The translations under genes and the position numbers were made by a program. A stretch of 34,039 nucleotides of DNA from IMG/VR virus record IMGVR_UViG_2617270939_000002, one strand, 5' to 3'. The notes beneath the pieces are model-generated. The model had not been told where the DNA came from. It saw only the letters and a list, made by a program, of their open reading frames with translations, and searched no databases. Positions 1 through 9,199 of this stretch are shown one piece after another. Source of the DNA: a virus (lineage: Duplodnaviria; Heunggongvirae; Uroviricota; Caudoviricetes). The first letter of the stretch is position 1, and the number at the start of each line of letters is the position of its first letter.

Positions 1-333
1 TCAAAACTGCGCCAATGCCGCCTCAAGAGATATCGCAGCATCAGTGCTGTTGATAAAGTGCGTCACCCGCCTCATAACCTCAGCCTCTTCAGCTGCATCA
101 CCTTCGATCGCTTCGCCGTCATCCGTGATTAACGCTTTCCCCCTAAGCTTCGCAAACTGCGTCCGACCTCCGGACAGAATCAACAGCGCATCACCCTGCT
201 GTGGGCGCGTGACCGGGACGATGATCGCATAACCCGCCGACGTCTCGAGGATGCGACTGTCGGGAGTCATGCAGACACTGGCTGGCGTAACCCGCTGCTC
301 TATATAGTCGGTAGATGGTGAAGGAAAGCCCAT
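1..333 (-). CDS. Hypothetical phage protein, 5' part only (start ATG at 333, continues past window start)
   Basis: Open frame to position 1; ATG at 331-333 preceded by GAGGG Shine-Dalgarno; no family recognised. Confidence 0.35.
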   Translation of the reverse strand: MGFPSPSTDYIEQRVTPASVCMTPDSRILETSAGYAIIVPVTRPQQGDALLILSGGRTQFAKLRGKALITDDGEAIEGDAAEEAEVMRRVTHFINSTDAAISLEAALAQF

Positions 334-376
334 GTTTACGCCCTCTCTTGAATGCTGGATAAAAACACAGTATAAA

Positions 377-396
377 TACTGTATACCCATCCAGTA
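377..396 (+). promoter_or_regulatory. LexA-box-like (SOS box) operator upstream of DinI-like gene
   Basis: TACTGTATACCCATCCAGTA fits CTGT-N8-(A/C)CAG with the CCAG right half as I recall it from E. coli dinI; lies 16 nt upstream of the ATG and just before an AAGGAG RBS. Confidence 0.45.
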
Positions 397-411
397 AAGG
401 AGCAATGAGCA

Positions 412-654
412 ATGTTCGTGGAACTCGTTTATGACAAAAGGAATTTTGATGGTCTGCCCGGTGCAAAAGATATCATTCTGGGCGAGTTGACCAGGAGGGT
501 TCACCGGATCTTCCCGGATGCTGATGTCCGGGTTAAACCGATGATGACACTGCCGGCGATCAACACTGATGCCAGCAAGCATGAGAAAGAGCAGATAAGC
601 CGTACTGTTCAGGAAATGTTTGAAGAGGCTGATATGTGGCTGATTTCAGATTAA
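412..654 (+). CDS. DinI-like DNA-damage-inducible protein
   Basis: 80 aa; translation MFVELVYDK...FPDADVRVKPMMTL...EQISRTVQEMFEEADMWLISD resembles DinI family; RBS AAGGAG. Confidence 0.8.
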   Translation: MFVELVYDKRNFDGLPGAKDIILGELTRRVHRIFPDADVRVKPMMTLPAINTDASKHEKEQISRTVQEMFEEADMWLISD

Positions 655-788
655 ACGCCTTGAACCGTCATATTGCTTAAGTACAATCCGCCGTGACTGG
701 CAATCATTCAATACTCAAACTATCGAACGTTCGTCAGTCGGCCGCAATCATGCTCCTGCATACGGCGTGGTTGCGGCAACCATCATTT

Positions 789-2426
789 TTACTCCTGAGC
801 ATCCTGCTGATTTTGCTGACGCTTATATTCAGCTTTTTCGAACGCTTCACGTGTCTCTTCTTTCTTCTGGTTCCAGATACTGTCTTCAGACATTTCCACA
901 CGCACAGACACAAAAGAATCTGCCGGAATATCGATAGGATAACCGTTCTTGGTGGTTTCAGTGAAGGTGCCGTCATCATTTCTCACGCCAATTAGATTAC
1001 GCGCAAACTCAGGAGCGTCAGGGTGGGTGCGGTGATACGTCTTCACCAGCACAGAACCATCTGGGTTAACTTCATAATCCAGCCAAATGCGCGCCTGTTT
1101 ATTTTTATCCAGAGGGATTTCAAACCCGCCATCAATACCACCCCAGGCAGCGTCAGCATTAAGCCCGTTACAGCCAGATATAAGATAATTGCCCGCAGAA
1201 ATTCGGCTAACCTTACAGCCCTCGGATTCATCATTCATTTCAGCAGTGCCGTCAGCATAAATTTTCACCACTGGTGATGCGCGCTTAATAAAGCCATTGC
1301 TGTCAACGGTTGTATTGATGTCATCCCATAAGGTTCGGGCTGTCTTAATACCCTCACTCCCGCCGCCAAGTATCCTGACCGGAGATTCTGCATTAAAAGG
1401 AAGCGAGAGGATGGCTAAGGTGTCAACGGTTTGCAAAAACAACGACGGAGCGTAATTATATATACCCCAAGTTCCGGGAATATTTTTTTCACTCCGGAAG
1501 GGAACGAGTCCATATTCGCGTAAAGAATTCGCCAGATCCGTGACATTATTTATATTATTTACGCGAATTACACCATTTGGGCGACCAATTCCAAATCCAC
1601 CTACCCCCATGACATCTCCAGCATCCAGACCGACATTTTGGGTTGCGGCACTACCTAAACCTAATTTTGTTCGGGCGCCCGATGCTGTATTTGCTCCGGT
1701 TCCGCCGTCTGCGACAGTAACCGCACCGTTGCTCCCTTTCTGTGCCAGTTTACCGATGCCAGGGATGGTTACGGTGACGGTGATCGCGTTGCCGCTAACG
1801 GTGACCGTTGCTTTTGCCCCGTCTGAGGTTGCCACGCGGAACGAGGTATCTGAGGCGCTGGCAGGGTTAACCGTCACATTGAGCGTTGTGGTTGCGCCGA
1901 CGGCCACGCTTGCCGTGGCTTTGTCGAGAGTAACGCCGGTCACGGGGATATTCGGGGTACCGCTTTCTTCTGCCAGCTCCGGCTTGCCGGTATTGGTGAT
2001 TTTCGCTGTACGGGTAATGACCTCTTTTGCCGGAATGGCTTTACCCAGGCTGCTGCACCAGCCGCGGAAAACGTCGACGGTACCGTTCGGGTATTTGATT
2101 TTGTAATAGCGTACTGAGCCATCAATAAACCATGCGACCAGGTCTTTTTGCCCTTCTTCGCCCGGCTTCCAGGCGAGGGTAAACGAGGTATCGCCAGCAG
2201 ATTTTGCCCCCTGGGCCGTCGCGTTCCAGTCGGCATCCTCGTCGTCGAGGTAAGTGTCGTCATACGATTCGGCGGTCATTTCGCCCGGCGTCAGCTCTTT
2301 GATTTTCGCCAGGCGGTTCCAGTCGATATCAGAGAGTGGGTTAGCGAAAGCGTTGCCCGTTCCGGTGTAAAGCCAGAGCGTCGTACCGGCGCCTTTTACA
2401 GGAGCAAGTGGATTTGGTGTTGGCAT
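789..2426 (-). CDS. Phage major tail tube protein (lambda gpV-like) with Ig-like (Big_2) domain and a roughly 300 aa fibre-like C-terminal extension
   Basis: N-terminus [22 protein letters not shown]...VDVFRGW matches lambda V; C-terminal [18 protein letters not shown] motif typical of tail-fibre shafts. Confidence 0.8.
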   Translation of the reverse strand: MPTPNPLAPVKGAGTTLWLYTGTGNAFANPLSDIDWNRLAKIKELTPGEMTAESYDDTYLDDEDADWNATAQGAKSAGDTSFTLAWKPGEEGQKDLVAWFIDGSVRYYKIKYPNGTVDVFRGWCSSLGKAIPAKEVITRTAKITNTGKPELAEESGTPNIPVTGVTLDKATASVAVGATTTLNVTVNPASASDTSFRVATSDGAKATVTVSGNAITVTVTIPGIGKLAQKGSNGAVTVADGGTGANTASGARTKLGLGSAATQNVGLDAGDVMGVGGFGIGRPNGVIRVNNINNVTDLANSLREYGLVPFRSEKNIPGTWGIYNYAPSLFLQTVDTLAILSLPFNAESPVRILGGGSEGIKTARTLWDDINTTVDSNGFIKRASPVVKIYADGTAEMNDESEGCKVSRISAGNYLISGCNGLNADAAWGGIDGGFEIPLDKNKQARIWLDYEVNPDGSVLVKTYHRTHPDAPEFARNLIGVRNDDGTFTETTKNGYPIDIPADSFVSVRVEMSEDSIWNQKKEETREAFEKAEYKRQQNQQDAQE

Positions 2427-2433
2427 GTTTTCC

Positions 2434-2832
2434 TCACATTTCGTAAGTGATTGAATATTTCATATCGGCGGAGGGCCACAGCCCCATCGCATCATCGCGC
2501 TGGTAATCGAAGCCTTGTGGAACCATGAGCGTTAACAGTGAATCGAGGCCGGGAACATCAGCGAGGGCCGGATAGATATGGCTTTCCATCCATTCATCCA
2601 GTTCGGAATCTGGTACCTGCGAGGACAGGAAGACCTCGATATGTAGCGTTGCCGCCCACATATCGGCATCAAGTTCTTCGCCGGTATACTCCGCATCGGT
2701 CAGATAGACCGCGACGGCAGGAAAATCCTCCTCCTCAATGACAGCCGGGCGCCCGTCAAAAAACATGACGTCGATCCCGATGGCCTCTTCAAGCACATCA
2801 ATAATTTTCTGGCGAATGAGAGTGTGTTTCAT
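2434..2832 (-). CDS. Phage minor tail protein U (lambda gpU-like)
   Basis: 132 aa; [16 protein letters not shown]...FFDGRPAV...[17 protein letters not shown]...IEVFL matches lambda gpU along its length. Confidence 0.9.
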   Translation of the reverse strand: MKHTLIRQKIIDVLEEAIGIDVMFFDGRPAVIEEEDFPAVAVYLTDAEYTGEELDADMWAATLHIEVFLSSQVPDSELDEWMESHIYPALADVPGLDSLLTLMVPQGFDYQRDDAMGLWPSADMKYSITYEM

Positions 2833-2848
2833 CGTGTCAGATGCAACC

Positions 2849-3268
2849 TCAGTTGTTGCCTGAGGGCATATCCATATCCAGAAGAATGCCGTCTACACCC
2901 GGATCGCTGATTGCCTGCTGGAGGCGGGCGATGATGCCGTTGTACCCCGTCATCCCCGAATACGGCTGGAGTGAGCGGGTTTTACTGACCAGCGTCCCGG
3001 AAACAGGCAGCACCGCGATACCATCAGTAACCTGGTAGCTTCGCGCTGGTTTTGGGCCCATGTCCTCATCATCACCAAAGAGAGCCAGCGGTTCAGCCAT
3101 CTGCTCTGCACCTAGCGTCACGCCCGACACGGTGTCGGTCAGACGGGTGATACCTAACTGACCAGCGAGAGCACAAAAGAAAACCCGCGCATAGGCGGGT
3201 TCAAGTAAAAGCGGCTCATTGAAGGCCATACTGGCAATGTGCGGGAGATTACGCAGCTCTGGCGTCAT
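2849..3268 (-). pseudogene. Truncated S49-family prohead protease (lambda gpC N-terminal about 140 aa only)
   Basis: MTPELRNLPHIASMAFNEPLLLEPAYARVFFCALAGQLGI...YSGMTGYNGIIARLQQAISDPGVDGILLDMD matches gpC N-terminus; ORF stops long before expected length and abuts gpU. Confidence 0.75.
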
Positions 3269-3971
3269 CGGTCCCCTCCTCATTCGATTTTTTCAGTCCA
3301 GACTCAAAGGCCGAAGCCGCCCACGCTGGCGGTTTAAGTCCCGCTGCGCGACGCTCCATCGTTTCGCGAACCTGCTGGGCAAAGATTTCCTGATAATCTT
3401 CCCCCCGTTTGGCGCATTCCTTCTCATAGGTGCTCAGCCCAGCCTCAATGAGCATGACAGCCTCCTGCACCTCCTTCAGACCGTCAATGGCCATTCTCCC
3501 GGAGCCGATCCAGTCTGCATTTCCCCAGGCGCTTCTCGCCTCCTGAAAACTGAATCGGGCTTTAGACGGTAGTGTCACCACCCGGCGAACAATGGCCTCT
3601 TCCAGCCAGCATAAAAACATCTGACAGGCCTGGCGGGAGGCAACAAATTTGCGGCGCCCCATAAAGTACGCCCAGGACTCGTTAGCACTGGCGCGGGCGG
3701 TGGAATAACTCATCTGCGAATAGTTGCGAGAGAGTTGCTCATACGACACACCCAGCCCTGCAGCAATGTAGCGCACCTCCTTCCGTAATTTCTCATTCTC
3801 AATCGCCGCGTCGCGTGCGGAATACCATTCGATAGCCGCGGAAGATTCATAGAGGACCTCATTACCTTTTCCACCGCCACGTGCTACAGGCATTCCCTGA
3901 TCCTGCCAGTTCTGAATGGTTCGCACGCTGACCCCAAATATTTCAGAAAGACGCTTTTTGTTGACCTCCAT
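3249..3971 (-). pseudogene. In-frame fusion of terminase small subunit Nu1 N-terminus (about 66 aa) to portal protein gpB C-terminal region (deletion of terminase large subunit, W and most of B)
   Basis: MEVNKKRLSEIFGVSVRTIQNWQDQGMPVARGGGKGNEVLY is Nu1-like; downstream NYSQMSYSTARASANESWAYFMGRRKFVASRQ... is portal-like. Confidence 0.75.
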
Positions 3972-4148
3972 AGCTCACTCCATACACAAAAACAGAGAAA
4001 GGAAACGCCCTCTGGCTATTTAGCCGTTTTTAAGGCTTATCATTTCCTTTCTTTTCAGGGGGTGTTTACAGTTAAAACAATGAATTAGCGAGAAGAAGAA
4101 CGGAAACGGCAAATGCCTGAAAATTTTCATAAATAGCGAGAATCTGCG

Positions 4149-4160
4149 AGGTCGCCGCCC
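4149..4160 (-). other. Lambda-type cosN cohesive-end sequence (GGGCGGCGACCT on minus strand) with adjacent cosB-like sequence
   Basis: Reverse complement of 4149-4160 is GGGCGGCGACCT followed by TCGC...TCGCTATTTATGAAAATTTTC, about 180 bp upstream of Nu1 start as in lambda. Confidence 0.7.
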
Positions 4161-4218
4161 CGTAACAAGGCGGATCGCCGGAAAGGACCCGCAAACGATA
4201 ATAATTATCAATTGCATA

Positions 4219-4947
4219 CTATCGACGGCACTGCTGCCAGATAACACCACCGGGGAAACATTCCATCATGATGGCCGTGCGGACATAGGAAGCCAGTTCA
4301 TCCATCGCTTTCTTGTCTGCTGCCATTTGCTTTGTGACATCCAGCGCCGCACATTCAGCAGCGTTTTTCAGCGCGTTTTCGATCAACGTTTCAATGTTGG
4401 TATCAACACCAGGTTTAACTTTGAACTTATCGGCACTGACGGTTACCTTGTTCTGCGCTGGCTCATCACGCTGGATACCAAGGCTGATGTTGTAGATATT
4501 GGTCACCGGCTGAGGTGTTTCGATTGCCGCTGCGTGGATAGCACCATTTGCGATAGCGGCGTCCTTGATGAATGACACTCCATTGCGAATAAGTTCGAAG
4601 GAGACGGTGTCACGAATGCGCTGGTCCAGCTCGTCGATTGCCTTTTGTGCAGCAGAGGTATCAATCTCAACGCCAAGCGTCATCGAAGCGCAATATTGCT
4701 GCTCACCAAAACGCGTATTGACCAGGTGTTCAACGGCAAATTTCTGCCCTTCTGATGTCAGAAAGGTAAAGTGATTTTCTTTCTGGTATTCAGTTGCTGT
4801 GTGTCTGGTTTCAGCAAAACCAAGCTCGCGCAATTCGGCTGTGCCAGATTTAGAAGGCAGATCACCAGACAGCAACGCGCCACGGAAAAACAGCGCATAA
4901 AGCACTTCATTAGCAGCGCCAGATAGCGTAATGATTTTGTTACTCAT
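4219..4947 (-). CDS. Hypothetical phage protein (242 aa) between moron region and cos
   Basis: ATG at 4947 with AAGGA RBS; long ORF; no family recognised. Confidence 0.6.
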   Translation of the reverse strand: MSNKIITLSGAANEVLYALFFRGALLSGDLPSKSGTAELRELGFAETRHTATEYQKENHFTFLTSEGQKFAVEHLVNTRFGEQQYCASMTLGVEIDTSAAQKAIDELDQRIRDTVSFELIRNGVSFIKDAAIANGAIHAAAIETPQPVTNIYNISLGIQRDEPAQNKVTVSADKFKVKPGVDTNIETLIENALKNAAECAALDVTKQMAADKKAMDELASYVRTAIMMECFPGGVIWQQCRR

Positions 4948-5332
4948 GGAATATTTCCTTTTAGGCGTGAGCCTGTCGCACGGCAATGCCGCCCGAGAGG
5001 TAAACGCAACCTAACGGCATCACCCAGGCTCACTACTGAAAGACTCTCTTTGATGTGCGCGTGCGATGCGCGTAGAAGACTGATTTATCAACCTGTCTTT
5101 ATATCAGGATTCATTACCTGACTATTTGTGGGTAAAGTTCGTAGTGCGCTGATCGTGCAAAATGATTTTAGTTGGGAACAGTTCGCAACTCTGTCCCATA
5201 AAAATCAGCATATTCCCATCTATCCCATATCCAGCGCATTGACCATCGGGATACTGAAGGGAGATTCCATCATCTCTTAGAAAGATCACCATCTCTTTTG
5301 TTTCAATTTGCATATAGCTACCTGGAGGATTT

Positions 5333-5947
5333 ATGAATGCAAGGATTTTCATGGACTATTACCATGAGATTGATTTTCCATCTTTATTCGCGAGAGCAGT
5401 GGAAAGCGATGACGATGTGGGTACTACATTGCGCATTCACCTACTTTGTGAGCGCATGGTCGAAGCATGGATATGCGCATGCTGTGACTGCCAAGATCTC
5501 TTTGGAAGAGATAAAAACAAACTTTTAATCGAATGTAATACTAAAATATCCATGGCGGGAAACCTGGGAATCCCCCCGGAACTTATGAAATCACTTAAAA
5601 CCATCAACTCAATGCGTAATGACCTTGCACACAATCCATCAATACAAAGCATTGCTGATTCAAGGATCCAGAGCCTGAAGGATACTCTGACTGAATACTT
5701 TAAACAGCATCCAACGGAACCCAGCATGGAAGAATCAAAACTGGGTATTTTTAACGCCGAGAATCAATTAACCGAAGAAGTTTCCTTAGATAGTGACAGT
5801 TCAAAAAACAGACTTAAGTTAATCTTGCTGTTCAGCAAGTTAATGCAGGCGTTAATGCAATTAGTTGCAGCTAATCATAATGGGCGCTGGGATAACCAAT
5901 TTAGCCAATTCGTTTACCATGTGACCATGAACGCAACAAAGAGATAA
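5333..5947 (+). CDS. HEPN-like (Rx4H motif) protein, candidate abortive-infection/toxin RNase moron; alternative start at 5351
   Basis: Motif SMRNDLAHN (R-x4-H) in a predicted helical protein; opposite strand to surrounding phage genes; AT-rich; followed by hairpin terminators. Confidence 0.6.
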   Translation: MNARIFMDYYHEIDFPSLFARAVESDDDVGTTLRIHLLCERMVEAWICACCDCQDLFGRDKNKLLIECNTKISMAGNLGIPPELMKSLKTINSMRNDLAHNPSIQSIADSRIQSLKDTLTEYFKQHPTEPSMEESKLGIFNAENQLTEEVSLDSDSSKNRLKLILLFSKLMQALMQLVAANHNGRWDNQFSQFVYHVTMNATKR

Positions 5948-5983
5948 ATCCAAGCCCGTTTTGTACGGGCTGTTGCATTATCA

Positions 5984-6014
5984 CAGGCACTCAGTGAATG
6001 CCTGCTGTAATGCC
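5984..6014. repeat. 31-bp direct repeat copy 1 (contains hairpin CAGGCA-N9-TGCCTG)
   Basis: caggcactcagtgaatgcctgctgtaatgcc; second copy at 6371-6401 with one mismatch. Confidence 0.6.
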
Positions 6015-6030
6015 CGTCGTGATGACCATT

Positions 6031-6092
6031 AAAAAAGCCACTCGAAAGTGGCCTTTGTGATGGCAATAAAAAACCGCCCGTAGGCGGTTATA
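6031..6092. terminator. Two tandem hairpins flanked by A/T runs (bidirectional rho-independent terminators)
   Basis: gccact-cgaa-agtggc (6037-6052) and ccgcc-cgta-ggcgg (6074-6087), each with A-run upstream and T-rich downstream. Confidence 0.5.
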
Positions 6093-6108
6093 TTCAGCAG
6101 GTCGCATG

Positions 6109-6273
6109 TTATCTGTGAATGACAAACAGCGATTTACATTTAGGGCAAAGTAACGCCTGTTGTTGGCGTACTTTCGTGGTCGAGTGTGTGGATTTATGTC
6201 CGCATATCGGGCACATGACAGTCGTATTGGCTGCAAGCCCAACACGCTGCATTGCATAATCGAAAAATGACAT
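6109..6273 (-). CDS. Small zinc-ribbon protein (54 aa, two CxxC pairs)
   Basis: Own translation MSFFDYAMQRVGLAANTTVMCPICGHKSTHSTTKVRQQQALLCPKCKSLFVIHR; ATG at 6273; terminators immediately downstream; below the 60 aa ORF-track cutoff. Confidence 0.45.
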   Translation of the reverse strand: MSFFDYAMQRVGLAANTTVMCPICGHKSTHSTTKVRQQQALLCPKCKSLFVIHR

Positions 6274-6370
6274 GGTGGTTAACCTTTCAATGAATGGGGC
6301 TTATTATACCATGCATAGCTCAATTATTAATCAATCATCATCGCATGCTTGATGCCATTTAACTTTGTCG

Positions 6371-6401
6371 CAGGCACTCAGTGAATGTCTGCTGTAATGC
6401 C
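6371..6401. repeat. 31-bp direct repeat copy 2
   Basis: caggcactcagtgaatgtctgctgtaatgcc. Confidence 0.6.
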
Positions 6402-6714
6402 TGCTCAGCCAAGTTGAAGCACACCGTGTTCTTTTGAATCAGAGAATGCAACAAACCCAGTGTATTCGGGGATAGTGTTCCGTCATCAGCATCAAATGCT
6501 GAAATGGTTGCGTGAAGAATCAAAAATGCTCCAAATCCCGCGCCGCTGCTGCCCCTCGATGGTCAGAATCGTCAAGGAGGACCCGTTAAAAGGTAAGCAG
6601 AAAATCTGTGGTTAGAAGTGAAGGCTTTGACAACGTTCTAAATTTTATGACAGAAATAAAAAAGCATTACCTTTCAAGATAATGCTTTTTCACTCGAACT
6701 GAGTCTTATAACAA

Positions 6715-6888
6715 TTAGATTAATGTGATTTTAATATCATAGCTTTCAAGCCCAGTCATTTTTTCACGAGCATTAAACTGGATATCGGAAACTTCTTTTC
6801 CTGTCTTTTTTTTGAGTTCAATAATTTTTTTTGTGATGAATTCAGAAATATCCGCTTCAGTTTTTCTTTTTAAATCTTCGACGTTCAT
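6715..6888 (-). CDS. GnsA/GnsB-family small protein (57 aa)
   Basis: Own translation MNVEDLKRKTEADISEFITKKIIELKKKTGKEVSDIQFNAREKMTGLESYDIKITLI closely resembles E. coli GnsA/GnsB; RBS GAGAGGT. Confidence 0.8.
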   Translation of the reverse strand: MNVEDLKRKTEADISEFITKKIIELKKKTGKEVSDIQFNAREKMTGLESYDIKITLI

Positions 6889-7092
6889 TGTTTACCTCTC
6901 TTGATCTCTAACGTATCAACGCCAGGCATGTTACATTCCCCGTAGAGCACTTGTATAAGCGCTGATATGTTTAAAAGATAGAATAGAAAGACTCAATTAT
7001 CAATAGTTTGCAGTACAATCTTCATGCAAAAGAGCTCGCGACCACACAAACCACTGTACTAAAATCCGGGTCGGTCACGAAACAACCAGATC

Positions 7093-7323
7093 TCATTTCA
7101 AAAGCTTCGAGGCTGCCTCGAGGATCTCTTCTGAACTGACATCACGATCAGAGGCTACATAAACTATTTTATGGTCTCCTGTCAGAGATGGAAATCCCGC
7201 TGACATCACGGGTAGGTGTGCTTTTTCCCCATTGGGAAACTCACGCATTATCGTAGTAATACCTTTCATTACGGTTACAACAACTGCTGGTTCTGCATTA
7301 AAAAAAACGATGACTTTTTTCAT
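7093..7323 (-). CDS. Hypothetical small protein (76 aa)
   Basis: ORF with MKK start; weak RBS; no family recognised. Confidence 0.4.
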   Translation of the reverse strand: MKKVIVFFNAEPAVVVTVMKGITTIMREFPNGEKAHLPVMSAGFPSLTGDHKIVYVASDRDVSSEEILEAASKLLK

Positions 7324-7396
7324 AATTTTACCGTGATGTCTCTTACAGAGATTGTCGGTTCAGCATACAAAAAAGGCTCCATAAGGAGCCTGAAAT

Positions 7397-7612
7397 TTAT
7401 TTTCTGAATTCTAACGAAGACTGACCAGAACGAATGTACAGTGCAATATTATCAAATGTAATCATTGTTGATTTGCAAAAAATACATTTTGCTCCGAAAG
7501 GATTTTTTTCAGTAACATCAAAGTTTGACGTTCGGTACTGAGATCCGTGGCAACACGGACATCTGAAGTGAATATTATTAGTAATAACAGTTACCTTATA
7601 CAGCCACGACAT
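7397..7612 (-). CDS. Hypothetical zinc-ribbon-like small protein (71 aa; CPCC...CIFC)
   Basis: ATG at 7612; two Cys pairs about 22 residues apart; overlaps 3' end of csp gene by 17 nt; weak RBS. Confidence 0.3.
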   Translation of the reverse strand: MSWLYKVTVITNNIHFRCPCCHGSQYRTSNFDVTEKNPFGAKCIFCKSTMITFDNIALYIRSGQSSLEFRK

Positions 7613-7808
7613 TAACTGCCGTGGGGCCTTTAGGTCCCTGTTCAACACTAAATTCAACTTCCTGATTCTCATTCAACGTCTTGAAATCATTACTCTGGAT
7701 AGCAGAGAAGTGAACAAACACATCTTTACTACCATCTTTTGGAGTGATAAAACCAAAACCTTTTTCAGGATTAAACCATTTAACTAAACCAGTCATTTTA
7801 TTAGACAT
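7596..7808 (-). CDS. Cold-shock protein, CspA family (CspB-like)
   Basis: [53 protein letters not shown]... ; long AT-rich upstream leader typical of csp genes. Confidence 0.9.
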   Translation of the reverse strand: MSNKMTGLVKWFNPEKGFGFITPKDGSKDVFVHFSAIQSNDFKTLNENQEVEFSVEQGPKGPTAVNVVAV

Positions 7809-8240
7809 AAACATTACCTTTATTGAGTAAGCCCTTGGGCAGAATGGTCCGAAAAAAAATTATCAGAGAGAAAAGCTAACAAGGAAATCTCAACAGGAAC
7901 AAGGAATAAAATTATTACAGCGACTGCTTCAGATAAATTCGTTACAAACCAGACATTCATTAACGCATGATTAACCAGACATAGCAAGGTTTAGTTTTGT
8001 AAGTAAATCTCAGTGGGTTTTGATCTTAAAAATTAATTTAAATAGCTTAAATCGAAAATTATGTCATGCTGCGTAAGACCTTTATCTATCACCCTAAGTT
8101 GTCAGGGATTTTGACTCAAGGAAGAGTCGTATTTCCTTCATAGTAAAAATTCACAAATTTATCCACGAAAACCGTCAACATCTTAATTTATAGAGCTATT
8201 ATTTTTCCTCTACGGTTCATTGTTAGTATTTTTACGGACT

Positions 8241-8345
8241 CATAAATCCGCTCACATGTCATTCCTGCTCGGTAGTTTTCATCAGCGCGTTCAGCATGGT
8301 ATCGAGCTTCTTCTGCCAGGCTTCCTGGCATGTCTACGAGCATTG
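8241..8345 (-). pseudogene. Orphan 3' fragment duplicated from the gene at 9196..9669 (about 105 bp, about 80 percent identical to 9237..9341)
   Basis: Direct sequence comparison of the two stretches (ctcaca(t/c)gtcattcctgc...atcgagcttcttctgc...). Confidence 0.55.
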
Positions 8346-8380
8346 TGGTGTCATGGCGGATGGAAAGTTATGTTGATTCG

Positions 8381-8584
8381 TTAGTTATCGAGCTGTAGAA
8401 CGCTATGCTCTAGCGACTCGGAATAGGCAATCAGCCCGGTGTACTCAGGGATAACCTCGCCATCATCCGCTTCGAACTCAGGGATTGTTCCGGTAGTGAT
8501 GGTATATTGTGGCTGGCCATCTTCTTTTGCGAAGGCAGCCAGGTCTTCAATCTGCTTAGCTGTAAGAACTACTGTAATGCTCAT
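8381..8584 (-). CDS. Hypothetical acidic small protein (67 aa)
   Basis: ORF only; SD very close to ATG. Confidence 0.35.
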   Translation of the reverse strand: MSITVVLTAKQIEDLAAFAKEDGQPQYTITTGTIPEFEADDGEVIPEYTGLIAYSESLEHSVLQLDN

Positions 8585-8968
8585 TCCTCAGTTGTTAAAA
8601 AGCCCCGCTATTGCGAGGCTTGATTGATTATGGCTAACGACTACATCGTAACGGTTATAAAAGAAGCTATTAGCCAACATGTGGTGTATGGTTGTTAACC
8701 GCCCACCAGGACAATCAACATGTCGATACTCAAAGATATCAAGATGCGTACTTTACGCCATGTGAAAAGTACTTGTCCTCATTGCTCCCGCCAGTCAAAG
8801 CACAGTCTGTCGAGAATAAAAAACAATATAACGTTAATTTGCCCCTTCTGTGGAAACATCTATCTTCCATCGGAAAGCAAACCAATAAAGTAACTGATTG
8901 ACTACCAAATAAAACTCATACTCTCAGAATGTGGCAAAGCAGACATAACCTTTTATTGTTGTTCTCAT

Positions 8969-9199
8969 TTAAGAGAATGTAACACCCAGAGTGGAGAGGT
9001 TTTTTTTCTTCTCCACAATACGGCGATCAAGTTCAGCCACTGCATGCGGGCGTATGGCATCAAGAAAGGCGTTATCCTGATAGGTAGACTGGATTGTCAC
9101 ACCAAGTCCGGCACCACTTTCCAGTATGCTTTTCTGAAGTTGTAGTTCTTTTATATCGTTATTGAGGTAATACGCTTCACTTAGGTTTTCTGCGTTCAT
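8969..9199 (-). CDS. Hypothetical phage protein (76 aa)
   Basis: ATGA start/stop overlap with upstream gene suggests translational coupling. Confidence 0.5.
   Translation of the reverse strand: MNAENLSEAYYLNNDIKELQLQKSILESGAGLGVTIQSTYQDNAFLDAIRPHAVAELDRRIVEKKKNLSTLGVTFS

Noticed and set aside
1-582. Full 193-aa extent of the first minus-strand ORF
   Set aside because: Upstream 83 codons overlap the DinI-like gene and its LexA-box region on the opposite strand; the ATG at 333 with a GAGGG RBS is the credible start.
1540-2263. Antisense and alternative-frame ORFs inside the gpV-like gene (1540..2106 +, 1940..2263 -)
   Set aside because: Embedded in a well-supported long CDS; Pro/Ala/Arg-rich translations typical of off-frame reading of GC-rich coding DNA.
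4020-4250. 76-aa minus-strand ORF
   Set aside because: Covers the cosN/cosB region between Nu1 and the upstream gene; no RBS, low-complexity translation.
5122-5352. 76-aa minus-strand ORF overlapping the HEPN gene start
   Set aside because: Lies in the AT-rich upstream region of the plus-strand gene; no RBS; likely spurious.
5991-6257. 88-aa minus-strand ORF
   Set aside because: Reads straight through two terminator hairpins and a repeat; the shorter zinc-ribbon ORF in another frame (6109..6273) has a plausible start and stops before the terminators.
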